From assembly GCF_009914755.1 (NCBI RefSeq), contig NC_060926.1: DNA of 64,000 nucleotides; one strand, written 5' to 3'. The translations under genes were made by a program, and so were the position numbers. Under the pieces are notes generated by a model. That model was given only the letters and a program-made list of their open reading frames with translations. It was not told where the DNA came from and did not search any database. Of this stretch, positions 1 to 14,109 are shown in pieces (positions within the stretch are counted from its first letter, which is position 1; the number at the start of each line of letters is the position of its first letter). The DNA is from the human T2T-CHM13v2.0 reference genome, Homo sapiens.

Positions 1-389
1 CTGGTGAGGAAGAAAGGAAAGCCAGAGGAGGAGTGAAGTAATGTACGGGGAGCATTGCCAGGATTGGAAGGATGGAAGACTCTGCCAGGTAGGAAAACAG
101 ATTTAGCAGAAAATAGAAAGCAGGAAGCTAAAATGTTTTGATTAAATTGTTGTTTGCAAAGCTAAGCCTCCTGGTCCAAAGGCCAGAGTGGATCAAAGTT
201 GATGCTTAAATGAAAGCTAAGGAGGTTCATTTTCGGCAATGAAGATGCAGAAAGCAAGCACTTCTTTGTAGCTTCTCTACCATTTCATGTCCTGCATTAT
301 AATATTCATCAACAAGATAATTCTGTCAGTTGGGAATAGTTTGGAACTTGCCAAACCACAAGAGTTTAGGGTCAAGAACTAAAAAGAAC

Positions 390-535
390 ACAACGGATAA
401 ATGCTTGAGGGGATGAATACACCATTCTCCATGATGTGATTATTACACATTGCATGCCTGCATCAAATCATCTCATAAATATATATACCTATGTATCCAC
501 AAAAATCAAAAATTAAGAAAAAAGAAAATAAAGAG
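390..535 (+). mobile_element. L1MA-type 3' end fragment
   Basis: ggataaatgcttgagggga...ccatgatgtgattattacacattgcatgcctg resembles the L1MA 3' UTR, followed by an A-rich tail. Confidence 0.75.
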
Positions 536-1324
536 AAAAAGCTAAAAAGAAGTCAGAAAGGACAAACCGGTTGAGTAAAAATGTAGAAAAGGATGCAGTG
601 GTGAATTGAGAATATTATAAAGGAATTGGATAGAGGAGAGATGTGCCTGCAGGACAGTGGTGGTGAGAGGTAAGAAGGAAGGTGTTGAGAAGGTAAAGGT
701 GAGAAGATGGAAAAAATCAAGCACATACTTATCTTGGGTTGGCTCTACCCCTGAGTGAACCCTACTGGCTCTGCCTCCCACTAAACCAGCACCCATCTGC
801 CTGAAGAGGAGCGTGATCTACATTTGCATGGGGATTACTAGGATTGGGGTTAAATAAACTGGGAAAATAAAATAGGGCTTTTCTATTACTGATGACAGCT
901 TCAAGAAGCAATGACCTTTGAGATGGAATCCAGTGTACTAGAGGGAATATTAGAGGTCATCTAGTATAACCAGACAAAATAAGGCCTCAGAAGAAGCTCT
1001 GAGGGGTAACATATGAAGACACATCACACAAGGCAGATTCGAGACTGAACCCAGAGGCCTGTAATTTCCAATTCTGTGTATTTCAAATGAACCACACTAA
1101 CTGCTAAGGTATTCAAAAAGATCCATGGTTTAGAAGATGACTGTTTTGAAATAATTTTGTTGTATGTTTAGGATATTGTAAATATTTGTAGGACGTAGTA
1201 AAAATTATTCCAATATAACCAGTTTGTTTATTTGTGCATATACCACAGTATCCACATGCACAAATTTGTATGATTTTTAATACAACAACTTATTTTTTGA
1301 GCCTTTGTATGGTGCCTTGAATAA

Positions 1325-1849
1325 TGTGAAGAAAAAAAAAAAAAAAACCAGAATCTCGGGACCCCAAACTCACTATGACCAAGGGAAAGTTAAGCTTGGG
1401 AACTGGATCACACACAGAAAAACTGCTTTGCTTTTGTTTCCAAACAGATAACTGTAATTTTACAGCTTTATGTCATAGCCTCTACTCCCTATTTTCACAT
1501 GTTTACTTTATCTTATGTAAAATATAGATTTACTAGGTGTGCAACAATGCATAATTTACTTTTTCCCCATGTAAAAATGTAGGTTTTCACATGTAAAATG
1601 TAGATTTGCTGAGGCTAATCAGAGCCTCACAAGAATGTAACCAGCTGCCTCACTGCCTATCCTCCCTCCTTTTTGTTTTCCTTGTGCTTGCCCTTTCTCC
1701 TTTAAATACTGAAGTTCCCCAACCCCCCTTTGGAAAACGCACAGGTCACAGGTGCTCCTGGGATTTTAATTTTTTCCCAGGCATATCTCGACCTTGGCTA
1801 AATAAACCTTTATAGATTGAGAACTGCTGCAATCACTCTTTGGTTTACA
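1325..1849 (+). mobile_element. ERV1 solo LTR, MER4 group
   Basis: TG...CA termini (tgtgaag...tggtttaca), 'ggaccccaaactcact...aagttaagcttgggaactg' motif, AATAAA at 1801, imperfect 4-bp flanks ataa/agaa. Confidence 0.8.
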
Positions 1850-1992
1850 AGAATACAGGGCCTATAAGTGAGCCCACGCACAGGGGTAGAGGATATGGAC
1901 CTACCCACCAAGGCAGAGCATATATCCCCACAGAAAGCAAGGACATGGGCAGTGGCCACCTTGCTGAAGAAGGTTAACACATAGTACCATAC

Positions 1993-2184
1993 CTCCTCTG
2001 ATGACTTCAGAAATGCCACGTAAGTTTGCAGGACTTGCGATCTATAGTCAATGCTTTGGCCAAATAGGTTTAATTCTTCTGCTAGCCATCTAGCTTTAGA
2101 GGAAAGTGATACCATTTCATCAGATACAAATTCATTTTTCTCCATCATGGTTTTTGCAGCTGCTTCTAATTCATGTGATGTCTC
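1993..2184 (-). CDS. CCDC141: CCDC141 coding exon (probably exon 11), 192 nt, phase 0/0
   Basis: ttacAG|GAGACA...GAGGAG|GTATGG. Translates ETSHELEAAAKTMMEKNEF...FGQSIDYRSQVLQTYVAFLKSSEE. Confidence 0.93.
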
Positions 2185-3843
2185 CTGTAAAAGCAAAGCA
2201 CTGGAGGTCAGAAACTGACAGGGGAATCATGAACATTCACGTTTCATTATCTTCTGCATATCCACCAATTATGATCACTAATTGAACTTATACCAAGAAT
2301 CTCCTCAATAAAGAAAGACACAACTTCCAAAATTCTAAAAAAAAAAAAAAGGGCACTTTAGAATGAAAATCATTTCAAATTCTTCTTGGTTCTATCAGCT
2401 ATACTTATTTTGAGCACTCTATTTTCTGTGTCACAAATAAAAGAAAGGTTGTTTGGTATGAAAGGTTAGAAATGTTTTAAATAATTTAAATGAAATAATT
2501 ATACATGAGATAGCTATTTGAAATTTAACAATACCTCCAGCAAATTCCTAAACTAATTTTATTATATGAGATGGCAAATTTATAAAACTTATTTATTAGT
2601 TTTTAATTTACAAAAAGATGACCTATCAATAGTGCAGTCTTATTTAAATCTCTATCTAGAAGGGCCAGTGGGGAAAATATTACATATCAGGCCTAAATAA
2701 CCTAAAAAATCAGTGACTTTGACTTGCTCAGGGATGTTCTCCTATGTTTTCTTCTGAGTGTAATTTCTGTTATGTGAACTCCAACCACTGATTAAATGGA
2801 TGAATAGAAATTGTGGGCATGACGATTATGCATGTCATAGAAAGAGCCATGTAAAATTTCATTGAGACCAACCTAAAAACCAAGCAAAATGAAAGAAAAA
2901 GCTCTGCAGCAATGAGAGATTGCTTCCCTACTTGTGATTAATATGCTTCCCAAGTACTACATTGAATGAAGGTAACTTTAATTTAGAGGCCCTGCTTCAT
3001 GATAGCACTCTGGGAAGGAAGGAAGCGGGGAATTTCTTCCCTTGTAATCTCCTCCCCAGTTCTAAAATGTTTACAATTAAAAAATGAAATGGAGTTCAGA
3101 CATAAGTTCTAAGTATTCTAAATAATAAATAAAAAATACCCAATTTAACAAAAAAATGGGTGTGTTTGTGAGTTTCCGGTGGGGACATAGTCCATGAAGG
3201 AGGCTCTTCTGCTGAGAACTGGAGTCACAGGCCTCTTCCTGCTGACCTGGGAGAACCAGGGGAGGGCACTTGACTCATGTTCCTTAAACTTTGCTGGAGC
3301 AGACAGAAACTTCAGGGCAGGTTTGGAGCCAAGTGCCAAGTGAAAGGGGTAGGAGGGAGCTGGAGAAGGTGCTGTGGTGGGGGTGGGGCACTTTCTGTCT
3401 CTGAATGTTAGGTAAGCAAACAAGGTTGTTTTTATTTATATCCTTGGAATCTTGCAATAACGCACGTTGCTTCTGGTCATTTTTTGGTAACTTGCTCTTG
3501 CAAAAAAAATTGCCAATAGTCAGAGAAGCACTGTCCCTGCCTCCTCTGCCACCCCCAAAATGAGGCTTTTTTTGAGAAACTGCCCAGGCAAGAAAAGGGA
3601 ACCAAATGAGTGTTTAATACCCAGCCGTAATGCTGACTTTCAGTGAACACAACTGCCCTAATAAATGCACATATAAATATAATTTAGACACATAAGAATA
3701 TGAGTTTTTAAGTCATTATGTGCTACATATGAATTTAGAATTGTAAACCTCAAGTGAGCTAGGATTAAGTTTATAGCTATCAAATATTTTTAAAATTATC
3801 TTTACAAAATTATAGCCATAATAATCATTCTCATTTTATTTAC

Positions 3844-3963
3844 CTTAGCTTGGATATCTAGTTCCAGATATTTATTCAAAATCTTCTCTGATTCAGAACG
3901 GGTAGAACCAACATCCATTGCATTAGAAAGTACTGGACTGATTTTCTGAATTGACATTTCCAC
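3844..3963 (-). CDS. CCDC141: CCDC141 coding exon (probably exon 10), 120 nt, phase 0/0
   Basis: ctaaAG|GTGGAA...GCTAAG|GTAAAT. Translates [40 protein letters not shown]. Confidence 0.92.
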
Positions 3964-5618
3964 CTTTAGGAGTGAATAATATATGGCAGTCTTAGTAATA
4001 TATTTTTGCATATATGTACGCACATGTGTCAGGAAGATAAATATTATTTTATAGATTCTCATTATACTTGAAATGTATTTTATCAGTATTAATCTAATAT
4101 AGTTTTAAATATTCAGAATTTCATGTTTTAATAACGCTGCTCTTCATAGGAGGTAATACTTGTGGTCTACCAACAAATGTTATATGTTGAAAGATATTTC
4201 TTTTATTAACAGCTATTAGATATAAGCAATCATCCACATCCTCTAAGAACTTATCTATATTACCTATGAAGGATAATGCACTTGCTAACACATCAACAGA
4301 GATGAATTTATCTGTGAGTTGAATAGGACCCAATTTACAGGCACGTTTTAAAGGCAAGATCCAGAGCATGAGCATTGCAGTATTTTGGGAAGAGGGACTC
4401 TGGGGGAGCACCAAACCCTGGACGTGTTATAGTAAAACACAGGGACATACTTAGGACATTTAATTGATGAGCTTGGAGGACTATGATTTGATCCTCAGTG
4501 GACATGAGTCATTGACTAAAATGACCCTTGAAGGGTTCTGTTCCATTCAAGTTACATGCTTTGTCCCCTCGCTCTAACTCTAGTCCATACTCCCCAGACT
4601 CAAATTGGCTCCAAATTGGCAATAGGACAAGCAGCAACAGCTGAGGTCCTACTGTTCCACTGCCACCAAATTAGCTTGGGTCTCAAGCTCCAGGCAATGC
4701 AGCACCACAGCTGCCACCATATTTGGAAACTCCCTAAACCCAGGCACCAGAACAAGGATAAAATCCCCAAGTTTCTGGATTAATAACAGGTGAGGAAGCA
4801 ATTTAAATACAGACATTGATATTTAATGCCTTCTCCAGTGAAGTCTACTAATTCTATTCATGTAAGTTCAGGCATATAAGTCCACCGTATCAAACGAAAA
4901 CATCATTGAAAATTTGAGACCAAGCCTCTGCAGCAAGATTCATTAGCATCAATGCCACTGAGATATTACTAGTTTTTACTAAAGATAAATAATTTTTTTA
5001 TTTAGTCAAATTGTAGCTCCTTAGTCTTATTCCCCTTTGGAAACAGGAAGTAAAATTCTTCCATACCAAGCCATCATGTTCACTCTGCAGAGAGGATTTT
5101 CACATGTATGTTTATATGCAGAATGACTGTGTTGCCTTGCACTGGTCTAGTTCAATAAAATATAATAATGGCAATTTATTCCTTGAAAAACCTAAAACTC
5201 ATAATATTTGGGATCTGTCTATGTATCAATCTATCTACCTGTCTACAGTCCTGGTGTTGTATGGTACCATGGTAACAGAAACTTGTGCATATTTGAACCA
5301 TGCTCAGAATCATGCAAATGAAAGATCCACTCTATTCCCATCTGTACTTGGTTCAGTTAACACAGTACTGTGCAAAGCGGGAACTGCCTTTGTGTGTATA
5401 CCTTCAGGCCAGAGGCGCAGACAGGCCACCTGGGTCAGGGATGGTTGATGAACAACAGTGAATTACAACTCTGTTTAGTTCAATTAAAGGACCCAATGTG
5501 GTACATAAGGGCAGCCTAAGGAGACATGCCCCTGTCCTCCCGCCATGCCCACATACTGCCCTACCATATCATCTATTATCACCAACTTAGATATTTAAGT
5601 TTTAGTTTATGAAACTAC

Positions 5619-5760
5619 CTTCCGTAGGTAACCCTCCACTGAGGCTGTTAGTTGTTGTTTCTTAAGAGCATATTCCTTGTGCGCTGAACACTGTTCGGTC
5701 AGATGATCCACTCGTCTCTTAATGCACCCCATCATCTCATGGATGCCGGACACCTGAGAG
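5619..5760 (-). CDS. CCDC141: CCDC141 coding exon (probably exon 9), 142 nt, phase 2/0
   Basis: gttcAG|CTCTCAG...CGGAAG|GTAGTT. The first base completes AGC (Ser), then [47 protein letters not shown]. Phase matches both neighbours. Not in the ORF track. Confidence 0.92.
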
Positions 5761-8309
5761 CTGAACAGAGCAAGCCAGCTGTTAATTCACTCCACCCCAA
5801 TATAGAACACAGAATATTTGAAAACAGATCTGCTCTCATGTTAGGTAGGCGTTGGTAAAAGGCATCAGCTTTAGGATAACAGAAGTTAAGTAGCTATCAT
5901 CTCGGCATAGCAGAAAGCAAAAATTATATTCTTTTGTTTTGTCTGTCAGTCCTGAGGGAAAAGATGAGTTATGGGTTTTTGCAACAAGGTCTAATCTTCT
6001 TTTCTAAAGGCTTACTTTTTAATATTTCTGTAGGATATTTTGAAAACCTTATGGCAAAGCCACAGTATGTTTACCACGACTTTTCCTTAGGATGTTATTT
6101 AAAAACTTCATTTATCTAAAGATGCTCTTTGAATAGAAATGTGGATCAGCCAATTAACAAAGCATTTACTAATCTAATAGGGTAAAATATTTACATAACA
6201 CTAAGGTCCTTGTTCTCAATGATTATGAATGCTCAAGGCTGTATTCATTACATGAAAACCAAGTTATCACCAACAATTAGAAATCAAATATACTTGTTGA
6301 TAAAAAAAAAAGAAGCCATGCCTCACATTATCATTTTTTCGCCTGTGTTGGCCTCATGAGACAAAGAAAAGTGACGTGAGAGCTCCTACAATGAAAATGC
6401 CTCTAAAACAATGCATGAACTTTGAGATGGACCCTAGCTCTAGTCCAAAGATATCTTAACAAGTTTCCTCATATTGTTGATGGAATGAACACTTAAATTT
6501 TCCAACCTATCCTTAAGACTATTTAAGAAGTTGATGTCTTTCATTTCCCCTCAGTCACTTCCTTCACATACTGTATTAATAAAGATGAACATGATAACCC
6601 TTAAATTTAATTACCCAGAGTTTAAAAAGAGCTCAGAACAAGGTACAGGTTTCAGTCATTTTACCTCAAAATAATTAATTTATGACTCTGTAAAAATGAA
6701 TTTAATTAGTAATGAAATGAGGGCAAGATCCTAAATGACCGAGAGGTAAAGTAACCTCACTGGAGTGATGACGATGCCACTATAGAGCTGGAAAACACTG
6801 AGGTGTGTCCTGTGGACCACAGAAGTCCCAGGTAAGTTTAATTGGAGGAAAATATGAAACCACTATGAGTAATCTTATTCCTGGCACATAATGTTTCACA
6901 GATGTTACATTTTAAACATTTAATTTTGCATTTTAATACGTAGAGACAGTGAAGAATATAATCAAGACATCAGGAGATTCTTCACATTTATCATTAAGAA
7001 ATAGTTCTTAACAACACTAAATTCCATAATTCTACAAAAGCAGTGTATTGGTAATATGAATTGTATTTTGACTAGGCTTTAGACTTTGAAATATTATATG
7101 CTCAAAAGGCATTTAAAAGCCCAGCTTTCCTATATACTGTAGGCTCCAAGTTTTCTGCAGAATATGGAAACCTGGAATGAGAAAAATAAATTGAATAAAG
7201 GGCATTGTGGAAAGAAGGTACAGAGAACAAAGGTTGTGAAAGGAAATGGGCAAACACGTAGAGAAGAAACATAGCTGAAAATGGCAGAAAATGCCATTAT
7301 TGAATAAAAGGAATTTGGAAATGATTAATACAATTCAGAAAGAAAAGCCAAGATAAAAGGTGCCCACTCCCACCTCTGAGTTGCCCTGTGTGGTCTCACC
7401 CCAAATGCCCTCAGTGTCTATTCCAGTTAGGGGCTATTTTACCAACTAAACTTAGAATACAGGCCTCCCTGACCCCAAGAAGCTGTAGCTTGGAGGGGAG
7501 TCCAAATTTTGAAAGTTTCCCTAGGGGAAACTAGATCTCAGTAACCAGCTCCAGCCAAGCCTCTTGATTCCTGTTCACATTACTCTTTTTTATTCCCTGG
7601 CCTTCTCCAAAGAATAAGACTGTTAGCCAGCTTCTTGCAGTTATCTGTAAGTCCTAGCCATGATGTCTCAGGTACCAGAAGTACCAGAACTCAGACCCAC
7701 TCTCTGACTCTGACCTGAACTTGCTCTAGCATCCCCTCCTGCTCCCAAATTTCCCACTTGAATCCCTACTTTGTCTTAATTATGTTGCTCTAATTCAACA
7801 CTGACACTGAGCCCAGCCTCCTCTTTGGCCATTTGAATACAAAATGAACTCTCTTTCTAAAATGGCATCACTCAATTGTACAGTGTCATGGGAAATATAG
7901 ATTATAGATGCACACTTCTTATAAATTTGCATATAGTCATAATAGCTACTATTTAATACATTCTCGCAACAGACATGCCACTTTGTTAAGTGCATTAGAT
8001 GCATTATTTGATAGAATCCTTAAAATAACTTTGTGAAGTGTCAGAAAAGTAGCAATAACTTCAATTTTTAGCCAATGAAACTGAGCCTTCACAGGTGACA
8101 TAACTTGCCCTAGAGACACACAGCTAATATAAGCAGCAAAGACTTGATTTAATTTCAAGTCTCTTTGCTACCTGAATAGACTTATATACTTAATAATTTT
8201 ATTAAATTCATGATTAGTTATACATGTTACCTTCAGGAAATTTAAGGAAAAACAGATTACATTGGTTTAGTTTGTACCATAAAATTCCATAACGACAACT
8301 AATAAAAAC

Positions 8310-8520
8310 AGTTATTGAGCTCTTACTGTGATAAGGCACCATTCTTAAAAAGTAGTCTGTTTTCTAATCCTCATAACAACCCTGTGAGCTGAGTAGGATT
8401 GTTATCCCCATTTCGCAGATAAGTAGACTGAGGAACAGAGACAGTCTCAGTAACTGGCCCAGTTCTGAAATGGCTGACATCTGATCTCAGAGGTCACACT
8501 CTGCCACCTCATAGTGCTTT
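8310..8520 (-). mobile_element. MIR
   Basis: taatcctcataacaaccctgtgag...ttatccccatttcgcagat...actgagg core. Confidence 0.75.
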
Positions 8521-8680
8521 TTCTGGGTCTATGACACATGATGTGGGGTAGGGAGTATTTTCTCCTCTAAAATTTCACTTTGCCTTGAGTTGAGTGTTCT
8601 CGGCTGTCATAGAAACAGGGATGGCCTGGCTGACAGGCTCCTTTGAAACTGGCTGGCTTTTCTAAGTAATGCAATGCCTG

Positions 8681-8712
8681 CTGTAGTTTTCAAAGTGGCC
8701 ACTAGAGGGTCA
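8681..8712 (+). promoter_or_regulatory. Candidate CTCF site with upstream module
   Basis: Core TGGCCACTAGAGGGTCA (8696-8712), preceded at 5-bp spacing by CTGTAGTTTT, which resembles the upstream motif bound by ZF9-11. Motif match only. Confidence 0.6.
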
Positions 8713-8864
8713 TGGTAGCTTGCTCAAATTACTACGTTTCTTGAAGGTCCCTCCAGCACAAAAAATAGGTAAACAAAACCAAACCAAGCATTCCTTCCAT
8801 AAAACTGTTGCTTTTTAGCAACCTGCAATTTTAATTTAGGTGAATTACAACCAATCATATAGGA

Positions 8865-8889
8865 TCTCTCTCTCTCTCTCTCTCTCTCT
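8865..8889. repeat. (TC)n microsatellite
   Basis: About 12 TC units. Confidence 0.95.
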
Positions 8890-10880
8890 GTTTTTCAGTA
8901 ACCTTGGAGATTCTGTCTCATTTTGTGGTGATTTATGCCTTATTATGTGTATCTATTGTGTTGTAAATTCTTTGAGGGAAATAAATGGTGTCCTATTTAT
9001 TCTTATATCCCTTGTAGCCCTGAACACATAGCCTTATAAGTAGTAGAATATCAATGCCCATTTTCAAATCAAATAAAATAGTCTCTGGTCATTATTTAAG
9101 GGAAGAAAACACAAAAAGATTGAGAAGAACATATGCGCAGTTACCATATTTGAAATGTCGTAGTAACAGTGTCCAGTAGTTTTAAACAATGATGACTTGC
9201 ACTTTTGGCCACTTGTAGAAGTTTTAGGCTATCCAAAGACTGCCCAATTTCTTCTTTGGTATGCTTTAGCATTTATAGTTACGTTAAACCAAATTTATCA
9301 TGTGTAGTTTGGCTCAATACTTCCTTCTATTTAAAGCCTTAGAGGGACAGACTGAACTGCCTTGTCATTCTGTGCATCATTGCCCGTCCTGTGTGTACTC
9401 CACTCTCACATGTGGTTTAGATCCTTTTCTCGGGAAGAGAAGTTTTCATTCATCTTGGTTACTCTAGCCAGTTCCCATTTCCCTCTCTCTATGCCCTTAT
9501 AACTAGGTCATCTCTGTCTGATTGGGCAGTAACCAGTTCCTTTTCTCTCATTCCCAATTAGAATATATCCATCACATTCCCAGTCCTAGGGCTTTTTCTA
9601 TTCCTTCTTAGTGACACCCTAATCTGCGGGTTACATTCAGCCCTGATTCCATCCTTTTCCATTAGAAACTTTATACGATGATACCGGACTTTCCTTTTGA
9701 AAGTTCTGAAACATTTTAAAACCTGCATAGCATGCATATTAACAATTTCCTCAGCACCTGAACGGCAGGTGGTCTGATCAAAAGAAAGGTATGACCCCAC
9801 TCTTTGCCAGCAATTCTTACATGAACTGAAAATAAATTGATAGAATCTCATCAGTCTCCCAGAAATGAGTCCTATTACTTTACAGTCCTATTAAATTAAT
9901 GATGAGACAAGAACTGACGGTGGGTAACAGACACTTGGTTGAACCAAAAACGTGGTGGCCTGTCATTTTGTTCTGATTTGGAAGTAACACTGCTCATGTG
10001 CAGCCTGATTGGGTGGGAGAGGGGCTAACAATGGGCTTAGACTTCTAGCTCTAACAGTCTGTGGCTTTGTGATTTGCACTGGAAATATTGATTGACCTTT
10101 GGGCTGTCTCTGTAAGAATGGATTAGAGGATGCCTGTCTGTAGTGTGAACATGCGGTAGATCAGATTATTCCTGAGGTTGACTTTGACTTTTCCAAGCAT
10201 CACAGACTGTGAAAGCTTCTTCAGGCATTTGTTAGAAACTCCAAATGAGAACATTCTCTCCCTTATTCATTGAGCCAATAGAGGGAAGTGGAGGGGGAAG
10301 AAAAATAATTGCTTTTTTTTTTTTTTCTCAAAGAGCACAGACGTATTGACTTCTGGTTCAAGAATAGACTGTTCTATTTACTGTATGGAAGCAGTTGCCC
10401 TATCTTTGCATTTGTTGTAAATTGGGGCTGGAGGAGGGAAGCAAATTCCAATGTTAATGTGTTCTAATGATTATTTCTGAAGAATGGCAAGTTGCTTTCA
10501 AACCTTTCATAAATTACTATTGTCAGCCCATCTGGATTAGGAGCTGAACCAGATGGTAAGCACTTGACAGCTTACTCTGTCTCATTGGGAGGGATCAGCT
10601 GACCATATTTTTCTTTTTGTCTATGGACAAATTATACTTTAAAGATGGAAAAAAATCTTCCTTATCTTTAGCTTGCTGCTTCTTTTAATGGGAACCCGAA
10701 GAGTGTCTTTTTATGTTTATGGTTGTCTTTATTTTTGAGGAAACAACTGCTGCTCTCTAGTTTTCATCCCTACTTTGAAAAAGTGCCATTTATACTGTAG
10801 AAGTGAAATGCATATGTTTCTACAATAAATTTGATTCTTATTTAAGCTATATACTTTGAAAATTTCTCCCACCAAACATT

Positions 10881-10923
<43 letters not shown>

Positions 10924-10939
10924 CACACACACACACACA
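10881..10939. repeat. Compound (TC)n(CA)n microsatellite
   Basis: (TC)6 followed by a long CA run with one CG interruption. Confidence 0.95.
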
Positions 10940-11399
10940 ATGTTTTATGTATAGATAACAAAGTAGAAACAGAAAGCAGTAAGTGTGGCTGAAGCTACAG
11001 GGCACCTGGGTTCTTGTTCAGATGCATGTAGAGATGGCTAGAAGTTCCATTTCTATGAGGCCATAGAGACCAACATATATGTCCTATGTGAAGGGTACCA
11101 TTGCTAGGATTCTTCCTGAAATCAGTAGCAGAGCTGAAATTCTCTGCCCTCATTAGGGGAGGCTGAAAATGCTGCAGCCAACAGCTATGAGGGCCATGGA
11201 ATTAAACATGGCAGAGCCATCAGGAACCACCTCAAGCCCTCTTCTGGTTTCCTGACTGCATCTTCAAGAGCCACAATATCTCCACAGACGCTTGTGTGAC
11301 CCTGATCAAATAACAGAAGTACATTTTGATGCTGGACTGAAGGTCCTATGAGTCCAGGTGGTCACTGCAAAGCTGCTAAGGAGGAAAGAGCAAAGAGAG

Positions 11400-12050
11400 A
11401 AGCAAGCAAGCAAAAGAAAGTCAAAGAAAAAAACCCTCCCACTCCAAATGAGAGTGCAATCCAAAATCTCAAAACACATGAAGAAAAGCAAATCCAAGAT
11501 ATGTTCAACAACCAAGAGATAAATGTACTCTAGCTGTAAAGAAAATAAGTACAGCAATCTGACAATGACTTTAAAGTAAATGCCTGAGATCATCAGAGAG
11601 ATTAAAAAAACCCAACACCCACAATAAAAGACCAAGAAACTTTGAAACAAAAAGTCAGAAATAAAACAAAATTAGACACACAAAAAAATTAGAAATCACA
11701 GAAATGAAAACAATATATTTTCTAAAATAAGAAATCAATGAATGAAAACAAAGGGAAAAAGGAAAAAAGAGAAAATACCCTGAGGACCCATGGAGAATGC
11801 AACACAGAGAGTTAAAATAGTGAAAAAATACCAAAGACAGGTAAGAGACTGCAAAGAGACCAAGAGGCTCCAACATTCTTCTAATAGAAGGTATAGAAGA
11901 GAAAAAAAAGGTAATAGCAGAAAAGTAATATTTAAAAAGATACTTGCTGAAATTTTCTCATAATTTGCGACATAATACTGAGATTAAAAGGGCACAGCAA
12001 GAGCTAAACAGATAAATGCACACATTTGAGATTATTTGGAAAACATAAAA
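11400..12050 (+). mobile_element. Ancient L1M/HAL1 ORF1-region remnant
   Basis: A-rich strand with degenerate ORF1-like motifs (tagaaatcacagaaatgaaaa; ctgaaattttctcataattt). Confidence 0.5.
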
Positions 12051-13799
12051 ATATCTTTTAATGTATTTCCTTCCAAAAAGACTTTCTTTTTGGTAGTCCC
12101 CTGGCCCTCCTCACCTACTCTACCCCACATTAGTATTATGCCTTATAGAGAAATTGGGTCCCACTTGTACCTACTTACCGTTATATTGTGAGGATACTCT
12201 GTCTTAAAATATTCTTCAAAAAACTATTTGATATGGACTTAGAATATTCCATTATGTGCTTTCCCTTAAACTATTCAAACATTTCCCTAGTTTCTGGAAA
12301 TATTTAGCTGGTTTTCGGGTTTGCACTATTATAAATAGCACTGTGATGAGCATCTTATTCATAAATATGTCCCCTCACATCTCTTCCTGTCTCTTTTCTT
12401 TGTCCTCTTCTCCCTAAACCCTGTAATATGAGAGGAGTCCTCAATCACCCAGGGCAGGGATTTCTGCCTCTTTAGTCAGCCTTCCTCTGGAGGTTCTGTA
12501 GGTCCAGATCTTTTTACTCTGGGATCTTTGCTACTTCACATCATCAGCATTATAAATGAATACATTCATATTGCCGTGATAAAGATACTTTATGAGAACC
12601 TAGTGTAGTTAATCCTGGATTTAATGGGAAGTGTGAGCTTTTGGTACTTTCCACACTAAGAGTTTTAGAATGATAAAATCCTTAACGGTGTTAACAAGCC
12701 AGGATTGCAGTTATGACATTTACCCAGCCTCTAAAAAGAACAGCTTAATATAGACATGAAAATATTTGGAAAGTGGCTGGGTTGACTGTCATAAGAACTC
12801 AACTTTGTAATTTCCTAAATTTCACTATCTGACATTTACCATCTAAATGCATCATCAAAGTCTTTTAAAAGCAGTTATTTTTAAGTTCTTAAATGCTTAG
12901 TACAGTTCATATAAAATGCAGGCATAGACAAATCTACTAGGCAAAGGAAATGTGTTTGTCTTGTTGGAGAATGGAGATTGTTTTTGTTTGTTAAGATCTT
13001 TGTAAATATTTTCACTGTGTTAAGGGCTTTCCTTCAATGTCATGCCAGCCCCTTAACATAAGGTAAAAAAGAGGTTTCTTGGGTGGTTTCAGCCCTGAGT
13101 TGATATCATGGTCTGAATGAGGACATGATACTGTCACAAATGAAATAACTAAAGAATGATTCAGCCCAGCCCAGAATGAAAAGTGGAGCCATGAGATAGA
13201 CGTGACAAACAAAAAGGAATTCAAGAAACTATTATGTGGCAGGTATTGATTCAGTTCATCTTGGCTCGAAGATGTAGACCCTTCACCCATCTCAGCCTAC
13301 CAAATACAGCAACTGTTCATAGCCCTCTCAGATTTCACCCTTTCATTTGGCCTGTCTTGATCTCAGACTTTCGGATTGTGTCTCCCTTCTCTGAAGAAGT
13401 GACCGCAACATCCACTGTACTCATGGGCCCCTCGTGCCTGGAGCACACTTCCTTGATGTGCAGCTCCCTGACTGGACGCGGGACAGGTTCTGGGGATTTG
13501 GGGTCAGTTTTATATGGCTTTGATTGTCCCTGAGGCCTGGTGCTGGTATGCCATATAAGATGCTCATATGTACATTTGATAACTTCCTAAATGAACTGAA
13601 AGAAAGAAAAACTTTGCAGAGAAGTTGGGACTTGAGCTGAAGCTAGAAGCTAGAGTAAATTTTAAGTGCACTAAAATATATATTTTTAAAAAAGGATCTA
13701 TGTTCATTTAGCCAACAGGCTTCTTGTTATTGATTAAAGCTGAATGAAAGGAGTAGAAAGACAAAAACTGGCAACCTAACAGAGTAGTTCAGATCAGCT

Positions 13800-13950
13800 T
13801 TCAAGTACTCACACCAACCCTTACTGCAGTGTGACAGGCAATAGGGCAAGTTATTAAACTTCTTTGTGCCCTAGTTTCCTCATCTGCAAAACAGGGACAA
13901 TGATAATAGTAGTACCCATTTCACAGGGTGGTTTTGAGGATTAAATTAAT
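13800..13950 (+). mobile_element. MIR
   Basis: gggcaagttattaaacttctttgtgccctagtttcctcatctgcaaaa...gaggattaaat. Confidence 0.8.
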
Positions 13951-14109
13951 TTATGTCTAGAGCACAGAAGTGTTTGCCATTATTGCCAATGAGTCTTTGA
14001 GCATAGTGTACCTCCCCCCTCACTTTGTAGTCTTGTCTGACACCCTTCTCCCCCTGCCACCCCCTCCTCCAGCCACACCACCCTTCTCTCTGTGGCACCC
14101 TTACTATTA

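Noticed and set aside
1490-1612. Direct repeats (ttttcacatgt; atgtaaaat..agattt)
   Set aside because: Internal to the MER4-group LTR, where such repeats are expected.
4717-4726. CArG boxes (CCATATTTGG here, CCATAATAGG at 35643) and a MEF2 10-mer at 59885
   Set aside because: Isolated matches expected by chance in 64 kb of AT-rich DNA; the MEF2 match lies in an L1MC tail.
13234-13533. GC-richer stretch with ORFs as a possible extra exon
   Set aside because: No splice signals in a matching phase; looks like a decayed L2-type remnant.
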